64,000 nucleotides of DNA from Octopus sinensis (GCF_006345805.1 NC_043026.1:1302001-1366000); one strand, 5' to 3'. Positions 1 through 13,965 are shown, numbered from the stretch's first letter. Numbers and translations are program-made. The notes: generated from the letters alone by a model not told the origin.

Positions 1-93
1 GATGAGAACTTGGAAGCATACATGTTGCTATCCATTGAAAATGAATTGTTAGATGAACTGGATACTGAAGCAATTATTGACAGACTTGCATAA
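1..93 (+). pseudogene. hAT-family transposase C-terminal (dimerization domain) remnant
   Basis: Frame 1 reads DENLEAYMLLSIENELLDELDTEAIIDRLA*, resembling the L..L.LLSIE....LD....I..FA end of hAT/ZMYM-type transposases; cut by the window edge. Confidence 0.5.
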
Positions 94-848
94 TCATTTA
101 ATGAACTCAAATGATTGCGCTTAGTAAAGTGGACTGTATGTAATTCAAGCTTTGTACATTTGAACTATCTGTTAATGTGTAAAGTGTACAATACAAGTAA
201 ACTATTTTAAAATATCCACTAATTATTTAAAACTTTAAAAAATTGGTATATGTTATACTGCTATTTTGAAAATGTCATAAGGGTTTTATAAAAAAAAGTA
301 AGGGCAAGAGTAGGAAAAAAAGAATAATAGAAGGAAGTAAAATATTAGCAGTAGAAGAAATCAAAATCATGTAAATTTATCCTTTATTTTTAGATAGGCT
401 GGAGCAATTGAAGCGGTGGTGATAGAATATTTGCCATATGTATGTTTAATTAAAAACAATATATGAACAAGTTGGTTGAAAGAAATCACTTTCGTAAAAT
501 GTTGTATATGTAAGAAGACGTGGTATTGGCTGCAATGCTGTGATTCTCATAAGAAAACACAACTATCTTTTTAACAATAAAGTCTTCATTAATAATAATG
601 AAATTGATTTATAGATTTATTGGTCATTATTTTCAGTTTGGTTAAAAATTTTCAAAATAACAATATATTAAATACTCACCAAAACATTTGTTTAAAAATG
701 CATTCTGAATTTACAATCTGTATACTGCCAAAATGTATACAGTACATATACATTGTAATTATTGAAAAATGTACATTTTTTTCACAAACATTTGAATTGC
801 ACCTTTTTGTTTCCATTTATGTATTTTTTGAAAATTTTATTTATTCAT

Positions 849-1630
849 TCATCATCATCATCCTCATCATCATCGTTTAGCGTCTGTTTTCCATGCTAGC
901 ATGGGTTGGACGGTTCTACTGGGGTCTGTGAAGTCAGAAGGCTTCATCAGGCCCAGTCAAATCTGGCAGTGTTTCTACGGCTGGATGCCCTTCCTAACGC
1001 CAACCACTCCGTGAGTGTAGTGGGTGCTTTTTACGTGCCACCCGCACAGGTGCCAGACAGAGCTGGCAAACGGCCACGAACGGATGGTGCTTTTTACGTG
1101 CCACCGGCACGAGGCCAGTCGGGGTGGTGCTGGCAACGGTCGCGAAACGGAAGGTTCTCTTACATGCCACCGGCACTGGTAACACATCTGCAATTTCCAT
1201 TGATCGATTTCGATTCTGATCCTCACTTGCCTCAACGGGTCTTCACAAGTAGAGTTTCGACATGCCACCGGCACTGGTAACACATCTGCAATTTCCATTG
1301 ATCGATTTCGATTCTGATCCTCACTTGCCTCAACAGGTCTTCACAAGTAGAGTTTTGTGTCCCAAGAAGGGAAGGTATGCATACATAGGCTGGCTCCATC
1401 CCATGTAGAAGGCCATGGGTTATAGACTCACTTGTCCTGCCGGGTCTTCTCGCGCACAGCACACTTCCAGAGGTCCCGGTCTCTAGTCATTTCCTCAGTG
1501 AGACCTAAAGTTCGAAGGTCATGCTTCACCACCTCGTCCCAGGTTTTCCTGGGTCTGCCTCTTCCGCAGGTTCCCTCAACCGCTAGGGTGTGGCACTTTT
1601 TCACACAACTATCTTCATCCATTCTCATTA
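849..1630 (-). mobile_element. RTE-clade LINE 3' end (ORF2 C-terminus + long 3' UTR + (GAT)n tail)
   Basis: Minus-strand ORF contains VEGTCGRGRPRKTWDEVVKHDL...RDRDLWK (RTE ORF2 end), contiguous with a repeat-containing UTR ending ...GCTAAACGATGATGAT. Confidence 0.85.
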
Positions 1631-1990
1631 TAAAAATTAAATGATAGCATTGAACTAAGGTGGGATCCCTTAGTCTCCTGGCAACCAATATTTTTAGACC
1701 CAGTCAGTCACTGGATGAAACCATAGTATTCTATGATCTGACGAGCTAGCCTTCTTTACCTGTATTACCTTTGTAAATTGTACAATAGTACTTTATAATT
1801 TATAACATATACACTAATACAGACATGTAAAATAATTTATTATTAACTAAAATAAACATTTTTCAATAATATTGGCTGCAAAACAATTGTAATCTTATAG
1901 ATATTAACTAATGAAATCGCTATATTCATCTCATACCTCCTGACTTTCTTTATAATGTATATATACGTGTGTTGTGAGTGTGTGTGTGAA

Positions 1991-2290
1991 GGCACATGGT
2001 TCAGTGGTTAGAGTCATGTGCCTTTACACACACCATGAGGTAGTAAGTTCGAATCCCAAACCGGGCTGTGTATTGTGTTTTGAGCAAGACATTATTTCCT
2101 GTTACTCCAGTTGTCTCTGGTGCCAAGTTGTATCTTCCTTTGCCTTTCCCTTGGACAATATCAGTAGAGGGGAGGCTTGTGTGTATGGCCAGCGCCTGGT
2201 CTTCTATAAACAACATTGCTTGGACTTGTACTTTGGAAGGGAACTTTCTAGGGGCAAATCCATGGTCATTCATGACCAAAGGGGGGTGAG
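1991..2290 (+). mobile_element. tRNA-derived SINE (same family as 18470-18800)
   Basis: A-box-like TGGTTCAGTGG, B-box-like GTTCGAATCC, then GTATTGTGTTTTGAGCAAGACA; homologous to 18470-18800. Confidence 0.7.
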
Positions 2291-3479
2291 GGTGGTCCTC
2301 TCCTCTGTGTGTGTGTGTGTGTGCACATGCGCTTATGTTTGTCTGTGTGTGCCTTGCTCTTTAAACTCTCACTCTTTCTTTCCTACCTCTCCTTAGAAAT
2401 AGTTTCTTCTCTTTTTTCTTTGCAAATGGTGGACTTATTAAACCTTTCAATAATATTTTACACCTTTTCACATTACAAAATATCAACAAATGGATACCAA
2501 CAGCTGCAAATTTATACTGAGCCAGTTGGGAAGCAAGAGATGTGTAGAAATTGGCAAATCAAAGAACTTTGTCTCTTTCATCAAGTGTGGCGCATGGTTG
2601 AAGGATCACTTCCAAATGATTTCATAGCAGTGGCCCTAAAAAGTTTCAGTTTCCAAATTGTATGGAAAAAATAGCAGTTCATATGCTCCTATGCTCTTGT
2701 CCAGCCACACCTCAGTCTCCTAGACAGTATTATGAAAGAAAGAAAGTAGTCAATGAAAACATCACATATTTAGAAACCTATGAAGGTCAAACTGATGACA
2801 TCAAGAAAGCAACTACAAATGCCATCCGTCTTAAAGTGGTACTGAAAGCAGCAGTGGCTGTAATGATAACAGTTAAAACAAAATTGTAGTGAATAACAGA
2901 GTTGGGGAAATAGGTTGGGGAAATGAGAAAGAGCCATGTTGTCCCCAAGCCTGAAACTGAAAACAAAAACAAAGACTTGGAATATCAAAAAGTGAAATGA
3001 ACAAATACAAGGACAAAAACTGACAGAACTCAGATTGTCTGTAAATTTGATGTAAATGGCACCTGTTGGCATGGAGAAAAAGGAAGAAATTGTAACTTTT
3101 CTCATCCTAAGTCTTATTAGAATAACAAGCAGGGTAACTGCCCCTAACAAAACCAGCTAGAACACAGAAGAGAGAAATCATCAAACATGGACCTGCAGTC
3201 TTATAGTGCACCAACAGAGAGCAACAGATCCCATAAGAATAAGAAAAGGAATTAATACATGCCCTCTTCACCCCTCAAAAGGCAATATGCAGAGGCTGTG
3301 CAAACTACAGCTATTGAGCAGGAAGCTTTTTTGAGCTTGGCCAGAAGATAATATAGCAACTGACATGGCTGCAAAAAATGCAAAATCAAAGCCATGCATT
3401 TCAATACAGAAGACCATCACAGGTGATGGACCCAGGATGACCACCACAAACACCAGTAACAACTACTTGAGTATAGCAC

Positions 3480-3680
3480 CCATATTTCTACTAAATATTG
3501 GAGGTCTATTACAACTTAGTAACTTAGGTAAAACTTTTTATCTGAAAGAGCTTATTGCATGCAATCAAGCAATATGCATGGCACTTATAGAAATGCATCT
3601 AACATCTAATATAACAGATGTGAAAAGATACATTCCAGGGTATATTGTATTTCATACAGAGAGAAGAGAAAGCAACCTTG
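3480..3680 (+). pseudogene. Degenerate apurinic endonuclease (APE) N-terminus of a CR1-like LINE
   Basis: FLLNIGGLL...ICMALIEMHL...YIPGYIVFHTER resembles the APE pattern LNIRGL...IALTETHL...IPGY...R.DR; the upstream 2480-3400 may be ORF1 debris. Confidence 0.55.
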
Positions 3681-3728
3681 AACCTTGTACTTTTCTCACA
3701 CTCAAATTCAGTTTGTGGCACTTTAATA

Positions 3729-5330
3729 TCTATATGTTATAATTCTGAAATGCAAAAAGTTTGTTTGTCTGGTTTTGGCATTGAGAACGGGTTAAAGGCC
3801 ACTACATCCCGTCGGATTGACTCCGAAATTTACAGGGACATGTAAAATGAGGTGAGGATGCAAGTGGGCTAGGTTAGAAATCCCCATCTTAAAAGGTGTC
3901 GTTGCTAGGGCCAAAAACGCACACTTTGACAAGTCTACTCTCATTTTTTTATGTGTCTGTCTTTCTCCATCTCTCTCTTTCTTTCCTCCCTTCCTTTAAC
4001 CTTCTCTCTATAACGTCGTTTCACAGCGTCTATTATCTTTCCCCCGCCGCCTTCGCATTCTATTATCTGCCTGTCTTCCTCCATCTCTCTCTTTCTTTCC
4101 TTCCTTCCTTTCATGTTCACTCTATAACGTTGTTTGATAGCATCTACTATCTTTCCTCTGCCGCCTTCGCAAGCGCTCTTTCTCTCTCTCTCTACGTCTG
4201 TCTGCATTCATAAAGAGAATTATCATCGCTTCCACCACCACCATCAAAACACAACCATGTGAATCTTTCTCTTAAAACAAATCATCTTTAGGTTTCAAAA
4301 TATTTCATTTTTCAGTCCTCTCTTTCATATATCACCTTTTCTTCCTCGATCTCTCTCTTTTCCCCCTTCCCTTCACTTACGTTTGACAGCTTCGCCGTCT
4401 CTCTGTTACTCTTTCTTCTAAAATTTACAGGGACACGTAAAATGAGGTGAGGATGCGAGTGGGCTAGGTTAGAAATCCCTATCTTAAAAGCTGTGGTTAT
4501 TAGGGCAAAAAACGCACACTTTGACAAGTCTTCTCTCTTTCATATATGACCTTTTCTTCCTCTGTCTCTCTCTCTTTTCTCCCTTCCTTTCATGTTCGCT
4601 CTATAACGTCGTTTGATAGCGTCTGTTACTCTTTCTTCCACCACCCCTCTCACTGTACGATTGTCGTTTCTTCTGCATGTCTTGATTATCTCTTCATTCT
4701 TATAAAAAGAACATGGTTCATAAAGAAGATTGGGTTAGATGTCTGCAAACATTTGATCCAACTCATTCGTCTCTTTATTCCCCATTTTCCGATTCCTTTG
4801 AACGGTTTTGTCAAGTTATTGTTTCTTCGCCAACATAAGACATTCATAAAGTGAATGAGTTATTAATTACATTTTATACACTGTTTCATTGTTTAGGTGG
4901 TGTCGAAAGAACTGGCATGTGTCACCATATAACCTCTCTCAGTCAAACTCCCAACTCATGCGTTCACATCGTGATACTCTTTCTACAAAACTGAGCTGGG
5001 TGTGAATTCTAATTTCATACACTTTTGCAGATGTAAGTTTACAGTCTGCCTTTTTTGGTTTAAACTATCTTCCTGCAGGTTAAAAAACTTTATTTGTTTA
5101 GAGTCCTCGATAATATTCGCCTCCGAAATTCCATTTTTCAATTTTATGATTTTACCCAGAGGGCTCTAATCGAATATGAACTGTCTTTCCATTGGCGGAC
5201 GTTTGTCTTTTTTTTATAGAAATAAACGCATTGCCTCTTTCGTTTTAAAACAATAAAACAATGCTACATTAATACATTGGTCCAACAACCAAAACATCAC
5301 CCGCGTGTAGAGCGGGTCACCTTAAGCTAG
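3729..5330 (+). mobile_element. Non-autonomous Helitron, unit 1 of a head-to-tail trimer
   Basis: Starts A|TCTATATG and ends with hairpin ACCCGC-GTGTAGA-GCGGGT then CTAG (5327-5330); its 5' module is repeated internally near 4420-4540. Confidence 0.75.
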
Positions 5331-7294
5331 TCTCTCTATATAAAACTGAAATGCGTTTTTACCGCTTGGATCGCTTTCAATGCCACTACGTCCCGTCCGA
5401 TTCGCCCCAAAATTTACAGGGACATGTAGAATGAGGTGACGATGCCCGTGGGCTACCTTAGAAATCCCTAGCTTAAAAGGTGTGGTTGCTAGGGGCCATC
5501 TTCCTCACTCACGCTATTTCCTCCTTTCCCTCTCTTACTCCCCTTCATTCATAACTTTGAGAAGTCCACTCCTGTTATTTAATGTATTTCCCTCAACTCC
5601 CTTTCACTTTCCCTTTATAAGTTCGTCAGACGGTTTTCTTTGATGTATCTGTCTGCATTCAAAGGGAGAATTATCATCGCCACAACTTATGTATATGTCT
5701 TCCTCACTCACTCACTCTTTTTCCTAATGATAATTATCACCGCCACCACCACACAATACTCACTCTATTTCATACAAACGGCCTTCTTTTATGTATCTGT
5801 CTGTGTGAAAGAAAGAGATAACTGAAATTTTTTACTCGGTTTTTGTAGTGCGTGCGTGTGCATGCATGTATGCATGTATGTGTGTGTGTGTGTATGTATC
5901 TATGTATGTGTGTGTGTGTATGTATGTGTATGTGTGTGTATGTGTGTGTATGTATGTGTGAGTGTGTATGTATGTATGTACCTTTGCCTGTCTATGTAAC
6001 GGTCTGCTATAATGAGGTTGACTCAATGGAAATACATACATACACACACACATACATACACACATACACACATACATACACACACATACATACACACACA
6101 CGCACACACACACACACACACACATACATAGATGCAGACCTATGTTAAAAGTGCTGGCAAGTTTGCATGACAACTATTTTTTTTCCTCAAATGAAAGGCG
6201 TGACCTCTAGGACAAAATTCCTCATCTTATAAAATGTGGCCCCAGTACACCCGAATGAAATCGCGTTATATTAACCAAAATGTGAAAAGGGGTCTAAATG
6301 GGGCTGGAAGGGGATTAAAATTTAAAGGAGCGGGTGTTTAGGAATTCTCTGTTACATCAAGCTAAAAAATTTGCGCCAGCCTTTTAATCGTCAATGTGTT
6401 GCCATCCATGATGAAGAAGTTTTGAATGCTTGCCATGGTGAGTCTACTGATGTGAAAAAGAATCACTTCAAAACTTGGTGTTTAGGGATTTTCTTTTACA
6501 TCAAGTTCAAAATTTTACACCAGCCGTTAAACTGTCAAAACGTTGCTGTCCGTCGTTAAGAAATGCCAGCCATGCTGACTCTACTACCCTCAGATTCTAT
6601 CCCTTCAAACTTTGGTTTCCAATATTTTATTATTTTTATTCAGCTCGCAAGTTCGTCTGTCCCTTTTAAATGTTAGTGTTTTGCTGTCTGCCTTGAAGCA
6701 GACCTTTCCGTTGTTACTGCCTGATATTTATGATTGATCTTTCTAAATATTTTATTTCTCAACTTACTCAAGATCTTTTGTTGTTTATAAATGGGAGAGA
6801 GATAGATAAAGATAGACAGTAAGAGAAAGCGAGGGAGAGTCCGAGAGAAAGGAAGAGTAAGAGAATGGGGAAAGTGAGAGAGAAAGGAGAGAGAAACAAA
6901 GAGGGAGAATCATCATCATCATCATCATCATCGTTTAACGTCCGTTTTCCGTGCTAGCACGGGTTGGACAGTTTGACCGGGGTCTGGGAAGCCAGGAGGC
7001 TGCACCAGGCTCCAGTTTTCATCTGGCAGTGTTTCTACAGGTGGATGCCCTTCCTAACGCCAACCACTCTGGGAGCGTAGTGGGTGCTTTTTTCGTGCCG
7101 CCCGCACAGGTGCCAGGGGGGCTGGCAACGCCCACGATCGGTTGGTGCTTTTTACGTGCCACCAGCACAGAAGCCAGTCAAGGCGGCGCTGCAATCCGCC
7201 ACGTTTGGATGGTGCTTTTTACGTGCTGAAAGGAAGCAACAGAAAGTAACAACCACACTCTTACCCGCGCGTAGAGCGGGTCACCTTCAGCTAG
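5331..7294 (+). mobile_element. Non-autonomous Helitron, unit 2
   Basis: TC start directly after the previous CTAG; same 5' module (GAAATGCG...AAATTTACAGGGACATGTA); ends hairpin + CTAG (7291-7294); interrupted by an RTE 3' UTR at 6911-7227. Confidence 0.75.
6911..7227 (-). mobile_element. RTE 3' UTR fragment inserted in Helitron unit 2
   Basis: (CAT)n-CGTTTAACGTCCG...GGATGCCCTTCCTAACGCCAACCAC, homologous to 849-1200; absent from the homologous part of unit 3. Confidence 0.8.
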
Positions 7295-8992
7295 TCTATA
7301 TTATAATTTGAAATGCGAAAAGTTTGTTTGTTTGTCTGGTTTTGGCATTGAAACGGGTTAAAGGGCACTAGATCCCGTCGGATTCGCTCCAAAATTTACA
7401 GGGACATGTAAAAAGAGGCGATGATGTGAGTGGGTTAGATTAGAAATCCCTATCTCAAAAGCTGTGGTTACTTGGGCAAAAAACCCTCACACTTTGACAA
7501 GTGTGTGTCGTTTCTCTCTTTCTCTTATCTGACTGTCTTCCTCCGTCTCTCTCTCTCTCTCTTTCTTCCCTTCCCTTCACTTTCTCTCTATAACGACGTT
7601 TGACAGCTTCTACTATCTTTTCCCCACCGTTTTCGCCAGCTCTGTCAGTCTTTCTCCCACATTCCCCTCTCTCTTCCTCTGTACCTCTGTCTGCATTCAT
7701 AGAGAGAATTATTATCACCACAACCACCACACAATCATGAGAACAAATATTATGAATTGTCATTTCTCACTTTCGCATATCTGCCTGTCTTCCTCCGTCT
7801 CTCTCTCTCTTTCCTCCCTTCCCTCCAATTTCGATCTATAACGACGTTTGACAGCTTCCACTCTCTTTCTCCCACCACCTTCGCCAGCTCTGTCACTCTT
7901 TCTCCCACCTCACTCTCTCTCTGTCTCTCTCACTCTCTCTCTGTACATCTGTCTGCATTCATAGAGAGAATTATTATCGTCACGACAACCACCACACAAT
8001 CATGAGAACAAATATTAGGAATCAGATATTTATTGGGTTATATATGTACACACACATATATATATATAATGCGTATATATGTACATATATTTATTTAATG
8101 TGTATATATATATATATATATGATGTGTGCATTATGTGGTCAGTTGAGCTGAAAATATGCACAACTATGTTAAAAGTGCTGGCGAGTTTGCATGGCAACT
8201 ATTTTTTTCCTCAAATGAAAGGTGTGACCTCTAGGACGAAATTCCTCATCTTATAAAATGTGGCCCGAGTAGACCCGAATGAAATTGGGTTATATTAACC
8301 AAAATGTGAAAAGGGGTCTAAATGGGGCTGGAAGGGGATTAAGATTTACAGGAGCATGGGGTTTAGGAATTCTATTACATCAAGCTAAAAAATTTGCACC
8401 AGCCTTTAAATTGGCAATGTGCTGCTGTCCATCATGAAGAAGTTTTGAATGCCTGTCGTGAGAAAGAATCACTTCAAAACTTGATGTTTAGGAATTTTCT
8501 TTTACATCAAGTTCAAAATTTTACGTCAGCTGTTAAATTGCCACTATGTTGCTGTCCGTTGTTAAGAAATGCCAGCCATGGTGAGTCTACAATCCTCAGA
8601 TTCTATCCCTTAAAACTTTGGTTTCCAATATTTTTTTTTATTTTTATTCAGCTCGCAAGTTCGTCTGTCCTTTTAAATGTTAGTGTTTTTGCTGTCCACC
8701 TTGAAGCAGACCTTTCCATTGCTACTGCCTGATATTTATGATTGATCTTTGATAATATTATCTCTCTCAACTTACTCAAGATCTTTTGTTGTTTATAAAT
8801 GGGAGAGAGATAGATAGAGAAAGATAGAGAATAAGAGGGTCCGAGAGAAAGGAAGAGTAAGAGAGTGGGAAAGTGAGAGAGAAAAGAGAGAGAAACAAAG
8901 AGGGAGAATGTGGTGATAAAAAACAGAAAGGAAGAAACAGAAAGTAGCAACCACACTCTTACCCGCGTGTAGAGCGGGTCAGCTTAAGCTAG
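7295..8992 (+). mobile_element. Non-autonomous Helitron, unit 3
   Basis: TCTATATT start after CTAG; shares about 800 bp of 3' sequence with unit 2 (8160-8900 vs 6140-6910); ends hairpin + CTAG|T (8989-8992). Confidence 0.75.
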
Positions 8993-9049
8993 TAATACAT
9001 ATAAAGCAAATTGATGTAGTTATATACTCAAAATGTCATCCACCAAATG

Positions 9050-9930
9050 CCTTGAAACTTGATGGTAAATTTGAGGATGGCCTCAGACACATAGGAACCA
9101 ACACATCAAATACTTCTCCAGAGTGACTTCAATTTCCCAAATGTTAAATAGTTGTTAAATGCAATATACAAGTGGGCTGAAGAAAACAACATGCAGTTTA
9201 ATACTGGGAAATTTCAAGCAGTGTGCTATCAGCTCACTAATGCACTACAGCCAGCAAATGCAGGACCCGAAACCACCGCAATCCCAGAGTCACAGGTGGT
9301 GAAAGACTTGGGGGGATGAGTGTGTGTGATGATGTACCATTTCATATAAACATTACTGAGATGGTAACAAAGTGCAGTCAAGTGACATGATGGATACTAA
9401 GGTCCTTTGTTCTGAAGCCACTGTACTACTGCTTTCAGCTGTGGTCATCACACAGTGCCAAACTAACAGCAGAGCTTGAAGTACTCCAACTCACGACACT
9501 AAAACAGTGCAGCAGATGAATTACAATTTTACTCCTTGGAATAAAGATGTGACAGATATGTAATAATCTACATATAGGAAATTTTGGAAGGGCTAGCACC
9601 TAATTTCAGTATTGAGTGCTATATAAATGCCTGAACTGGATGCCATTGTATTGTGCCAAGAGTACTGTCCATTCCATCAAAAGTCAGGACCAGCTACTGC
9701 AATAGACTAGGGTTCAAAAGCCTACAGTTCTTCAATGTCCTGCCAAGAAAATGAACAAATCTGCACAATGTGGATGTGGTGGTCTTCAAAAAGAAACTGG
9801 ACATTCTCCTCACTACAACACTGGATGAACCAGCATGATGTATAGAGGAGGGTAGCAGTGTCAAATGGGCCAACAACCAAGGAAAAAGCATTTGCAGGAG
9901 TGGTGATATGAACTCCCACCATCCTGGAGA
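9050..9930 (+). pseudogene. Highly degenerate CR1-clade LINE 3' region
   Basis: Remnant motifs KWAEENNMQFNTGKFQ, VKDLG, WILRSF; alignable by eye to 34945-35630. Confidence 0.6.
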
Positions 9931-10017
9931 AACCAGCCAAAGAAGAATGATGTGTAAAAGTACAAAATCACATGTGGTGTTTCAGCTGCATGGTTGAAAC
10001 AAATAAAAGAATATATC

Positions 10018-10235
10018 GTCGTCATCGTCATCATCATCGTTTAACGTCCGCTTTCCATGCTGGCATGGGTTGGACGGTTTGACTGAGGACTGGCGAACCA
10101 GATGGCTGCACCAGGCTCAATCTGATCTGGCAAAGTTTTTACAGCTGGATGCCATTCCTAATGCCAACCACTCCGAGAGTGTAGTGGGTGCTTTTTACGC
10201 AACTGACCAGTCAGGCGATTCTGGCAACGACCACA
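10018..10235 (-). mobile_element. RTE 3' UTR fragment
   Basis: Same (CAT)n-GTTTAACGTCCGCTTTCCATGC family as 849-1200. Confidence 0.75.
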
Positions 10236-10287
10236 CTCAAAACTCAGAGTAACAGGTTTTGTTAAATTTTCTGCTGCTTTAAATAAA

Positions 10288-10331
<44 letters not shown>

Positions 10332-10460
10332 TATATATATATTGTTATATTTCGGAATGGTCATATTGCCAGTTTAGCCAATAAAAACACATGCACTATA
10401 TATTTGGTATTATTTTGCTTCAGTGATATTTATTTTTTACATTAATCTTAATCTTATTTC

Positions 10461-10504
10461 GGCCAGAGTTCTTTCGTCACACTCCTGTGACCGCATCAGT
10501 GGTC
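10461..10504 (-). ncRNA. Atypical minimal type I hammerhead motif in the inverted PLE pLTR
   Basis: Reverse-complement copy of 13622-13663. Confidence 0.45.
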
Positions 10505-11004
10505 CTTTGTTTTCTTCTCACTTACTTGTGTCTCTCCTTACTAACCGTCAGCCATTTTGTATTTCTATTGTATGTCTTCATTTGCGCATGCTTATATCTC
10601 TATGTGCGTCTATGTTTATTTAGTGTGTGTGTGAGGGGGATGCTTGTAATATTTGTATCTTCTGGTTATATACATTCATGTAATTTGTATTTTGTTTTTG
10701 TTGTTTTTGTTTATTCTTATTTTGTTCATGTGTTTACATCCACTTATTATTATGCTTGTCTAATTGTTGCATCTGATCTATGTGTGGATAATATTTTAAT
10801 TTCTATGTTATTGATTGATCCCCCGTGTTCCTGTTCGGCGTGTTGGTACAGAATCGATGAGCTTTTACCTTCCTTGAGTTGTCTCCAATGCTCATTTACC
10901 CGCTCTCCTATGCTTCTTGCCGTTTCCCCTATGTATGTCGTTGTCTTGTTACTGCATCGTCCCTCTATACATCTTATACTATAGACTACATTTCTGGCTT
11001 TACA

Positions 11005-12905
11005 ATGATATCCTGGCACTGTATCGACTTCGCAAGGACCATAAAGTAATTACTGACCCTATAGCAGGACCACCAACAAGACCAGTCTGTGGAGCGAATA
11101 TCGCTAGCAATTACAGAATCTCCTACTTCCTCTCAATGATCATACGCCCTATAATCCGGATGTCACCTGATGTTTGTGACAGCACAGAAGATCTCAGCAG
11201 GATCGATGACTGTTACAACACTTGTGACCCGACAGGATGTATGGTGGGTAGCATGGATGTGGTATCCCTATACCCATCGATCGACGTAGATTTTGCGGTG
11301 GAGAAGTGCGTGGAGATGATCAATGAGAGCCAGGTGGAGTTCCGTAATGTCAACACAGAAGAACTGGGCCTCCTACTTAGACTGACATGTAATAATGAAT
11401 ACTTAGATAAACATAATCTTAGTAGTTTCTGCCTCAGTAGATGTTTAAGAGGTAGACCGCCCACAATTACTTCTATGGCTAGGAAGATACATATAGAAAG
11501 ATGGCGCGGATGGACCAGAGCCATACGGAGCCCCACAAATGTCCATCAGATAAAGAAAATGATCGCACATGCACTAGGAGCTAGTATAAGAGTTACCCTA
11601 AAAGGCCACACGTTTAAGTTTAATAATAAAATATATGCCCAGGACGAGGGGGCAGCCATCGGCGTTAGTATCGCTGGTGATGTGGCCAAACTTTTCATGT
11701 TATGGTGGGACAGAAGGCTTAAAGAACGCCTAACACAGAACTCCATACTCGTAAACATGTACACTCGCTATGTTGATGATATCAACATAGTGGTAAAGGC
11801 ACCCCCACAAGAGAGTAATGTTGATATAGTAATAGAAACTAATACTATGGAGAGCATCCAGCAAATAGCTAACTCCATCCACCAGAATATTAAGGTCACA
11901 ATAGACTACCCCACTAAACACCCCAACCATAGACTACCAGTACTAGACACTGAACTCTGGCTAGAAATTGTAAATAATAAAACCTAAATCCTTCATTCAT
12001 ACTATGCCAAACTTATGGCCTCAACATACTTGATCCACCGGAACTCAGCCATTGCGGACAATGCCAAATTCAATATTTTGATGGCAGACCTCGTCAGAAT
12101 AATGAGAAATGTGTCACGCATGTGCGAGCCCACAGAGTTAAAGAGACACATACAGTATTTCATTCACCGCATGCAGTTCTCAGGTTACAGCCATAAAGAA
12201 AGGATCAGAGTATACAAAGGAGCCATGAAGAAATTTGATAATATATTATGTAATGATAGGAATGGGATTTGCCCACTCTATAGGAACAAGTCATGGAACA
12301 CTATAGAAAGGACAAAAAAGAAAATAGGGAAGGCCAACTCTTGGTATGATAGCCATAAATACCAGAGTGTCATGTTCGTTGACACCACCCCTGGAGGTGA
12401 ACTGGCATACCGCTTTAGAAGGACCCTAGACAAACTTAAGCCAAAAATTAAGGTTGTTGAAAAGCCAGGTAACCCTATCAAATCTATAATTGGTAGAACC
12501 TATCCTTTTAGTAGAACCCCCTGTACGGATAAGTACTGTACTGTATGTAGATTTAGCCCACAAACAAACTGTAAAGCCAGAAATGTAGTCTATAGTATAA
12601 GATGTATAGAGGGACGATGCAGTAACAAGACAACGACATACATAGGGGAAACGGCAAGAAGCATAGGAGAGCGGGTAAATGAGCATTGGAGACAACTCAA
12701 GGGAGGTAAAAGCTCATCGATTCTGTACCAACACGCCGAACAGGAACACAGGGGGTCAATCAATAACATAGAAATTAAAATATTGTCCACACATAGAACA
12801 GATGCAACAATTAGACAACTTACAGAAGCTACACACATAATAGAAAATAAACCTAGCCTGAATAGAAAGCTAGAATGGAGCACTAACACACACCACAACA
12901 TATGA
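11005..12905 (+). pseudogene. PLE ORF: RT + C-terminal GIY-YIG endonuclease, 5'-truncated, one in-frame TAA (11985-11987)
   Basis: RT motifs SMDVVSLYPSID, QDEGAAIGVSIAGDVAKLFM, YTRYVDD, LPVLD; Cys-rich linker CTDKYCTVC...C; EN motifs VVYSIRC...YIGETARSIGERVNEH. ORFs 10917-11987 and 12015-12905 are in the same frame. Confidence 0.9.
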
Positions 12906-12975
12906 CGATAGAGGATCCTGAAAACATAATAAATACACAGATAAATAAACTAATAGAAATAAATAACTATATATA

Positions 12976-13099
<124 letters not shown>

Positions 13100-13101
13100 G
13101 C

Positions 13102-13133
<32 letters not shown>

Positions 13134-13621
13134 TTTACTCTTTTACTCTTTTACTTGTTTCAGTCATTTGACTACGGCCATGCTGGAGCACCGCCTTTAG
13201 TCGAGTAAATCGACCCCGGGATTTATTCTTTGTAAGCCCAGTACTTATTCTATCGGTCTCTTTTGCCGAACCGCTATATATGTATATATATATATATTTT
13301 TTTTTCGATTCGATTTATTATTATTATTACTAGTATTGTTGTTATACATACATACAAGCATATGTAATGATAATAATGGGTGGATGTAAACACATGAACA
13401 AAATAAGAACAAAAGCAACAACAACAAAAACAAAATACAAATTACAAGAATGTATATAACCAGAAGATACAAATATTACAAGCATCCCCCTCACACAGAC
13501 ACTAAATAAACATAGACGCACATAGAGATATAAGCATGCGCAAATGAAGACATACAATAGAAATACAAAATGGCTGACGGTTAGTAAGGAGAGACACAAG
13601 TAAGTGAGAAGAAAACAAAGG

Positions 13622-13663
13622 ACCACTGATGCGGTCACAGGAGTGTGACGAAAGAACTCTGGC
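13622..13663 (+). ncRNA. Atypical minimal type I hammerhead motif in the PLE pLTR
   Basis: CCA-CTGATGCG-GTCACA ggag TGTGAC-GAAA-GAAC-TC-TGG: stems I and II pair; core reads CUGAUGCG instead of CUGANGA. Confidence 0.5.
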
Positions 13664-13852
13664 TGAAATAAGATTAAGATTAATGTAAAAAATAAATAAC
13701 ACTGAAGCAAAGTAACACCAAATATATAGTGCGTGTGTTTTTATTGGCTAAACTGGCAATATGACCATTCCGAAATATAACAATATCTGTTTCAACACAC
13801 GACTTCACATAAAAAATCTTGCACAACAAATATTTAAACGTATATATATATA

Positions 13853-13883
<31 letters not shown>

Positions 13884-13895
13884 CCGGAGTAAAAA

Positions 13896-13933
13896 CTGTC
13901 CGACGAACAGGAATGTGAAACTCAGAGTAACAG
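13896..13933 (+). ncRNA. Minimal type I hammerhead motif (U4->C) in a ~90-bp element
   Basis: CTGT-CCGACGA-ACA ggaa TGT-GAAA-CTCAGAG-TA-ACAG; a partial copy starting at the GAAA position lies at 10240-10290. Confidence 0.55.
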
Positions 13934-13965
13934 GTTTTGTTGAATTTTCTGCTGCTTTAAATAAA

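Noticed and set aside
1720-1760. GAAA-hairpin-TCTGACGAG arrangement
   Set aside because: Core halves abut with no stem I, and stem II does not form.
11985-11987. Selenocysteine or readthrough at the PLE in-frame stop
   Set aside because: The codon is TAA, not TGA; simple decay is more likely.
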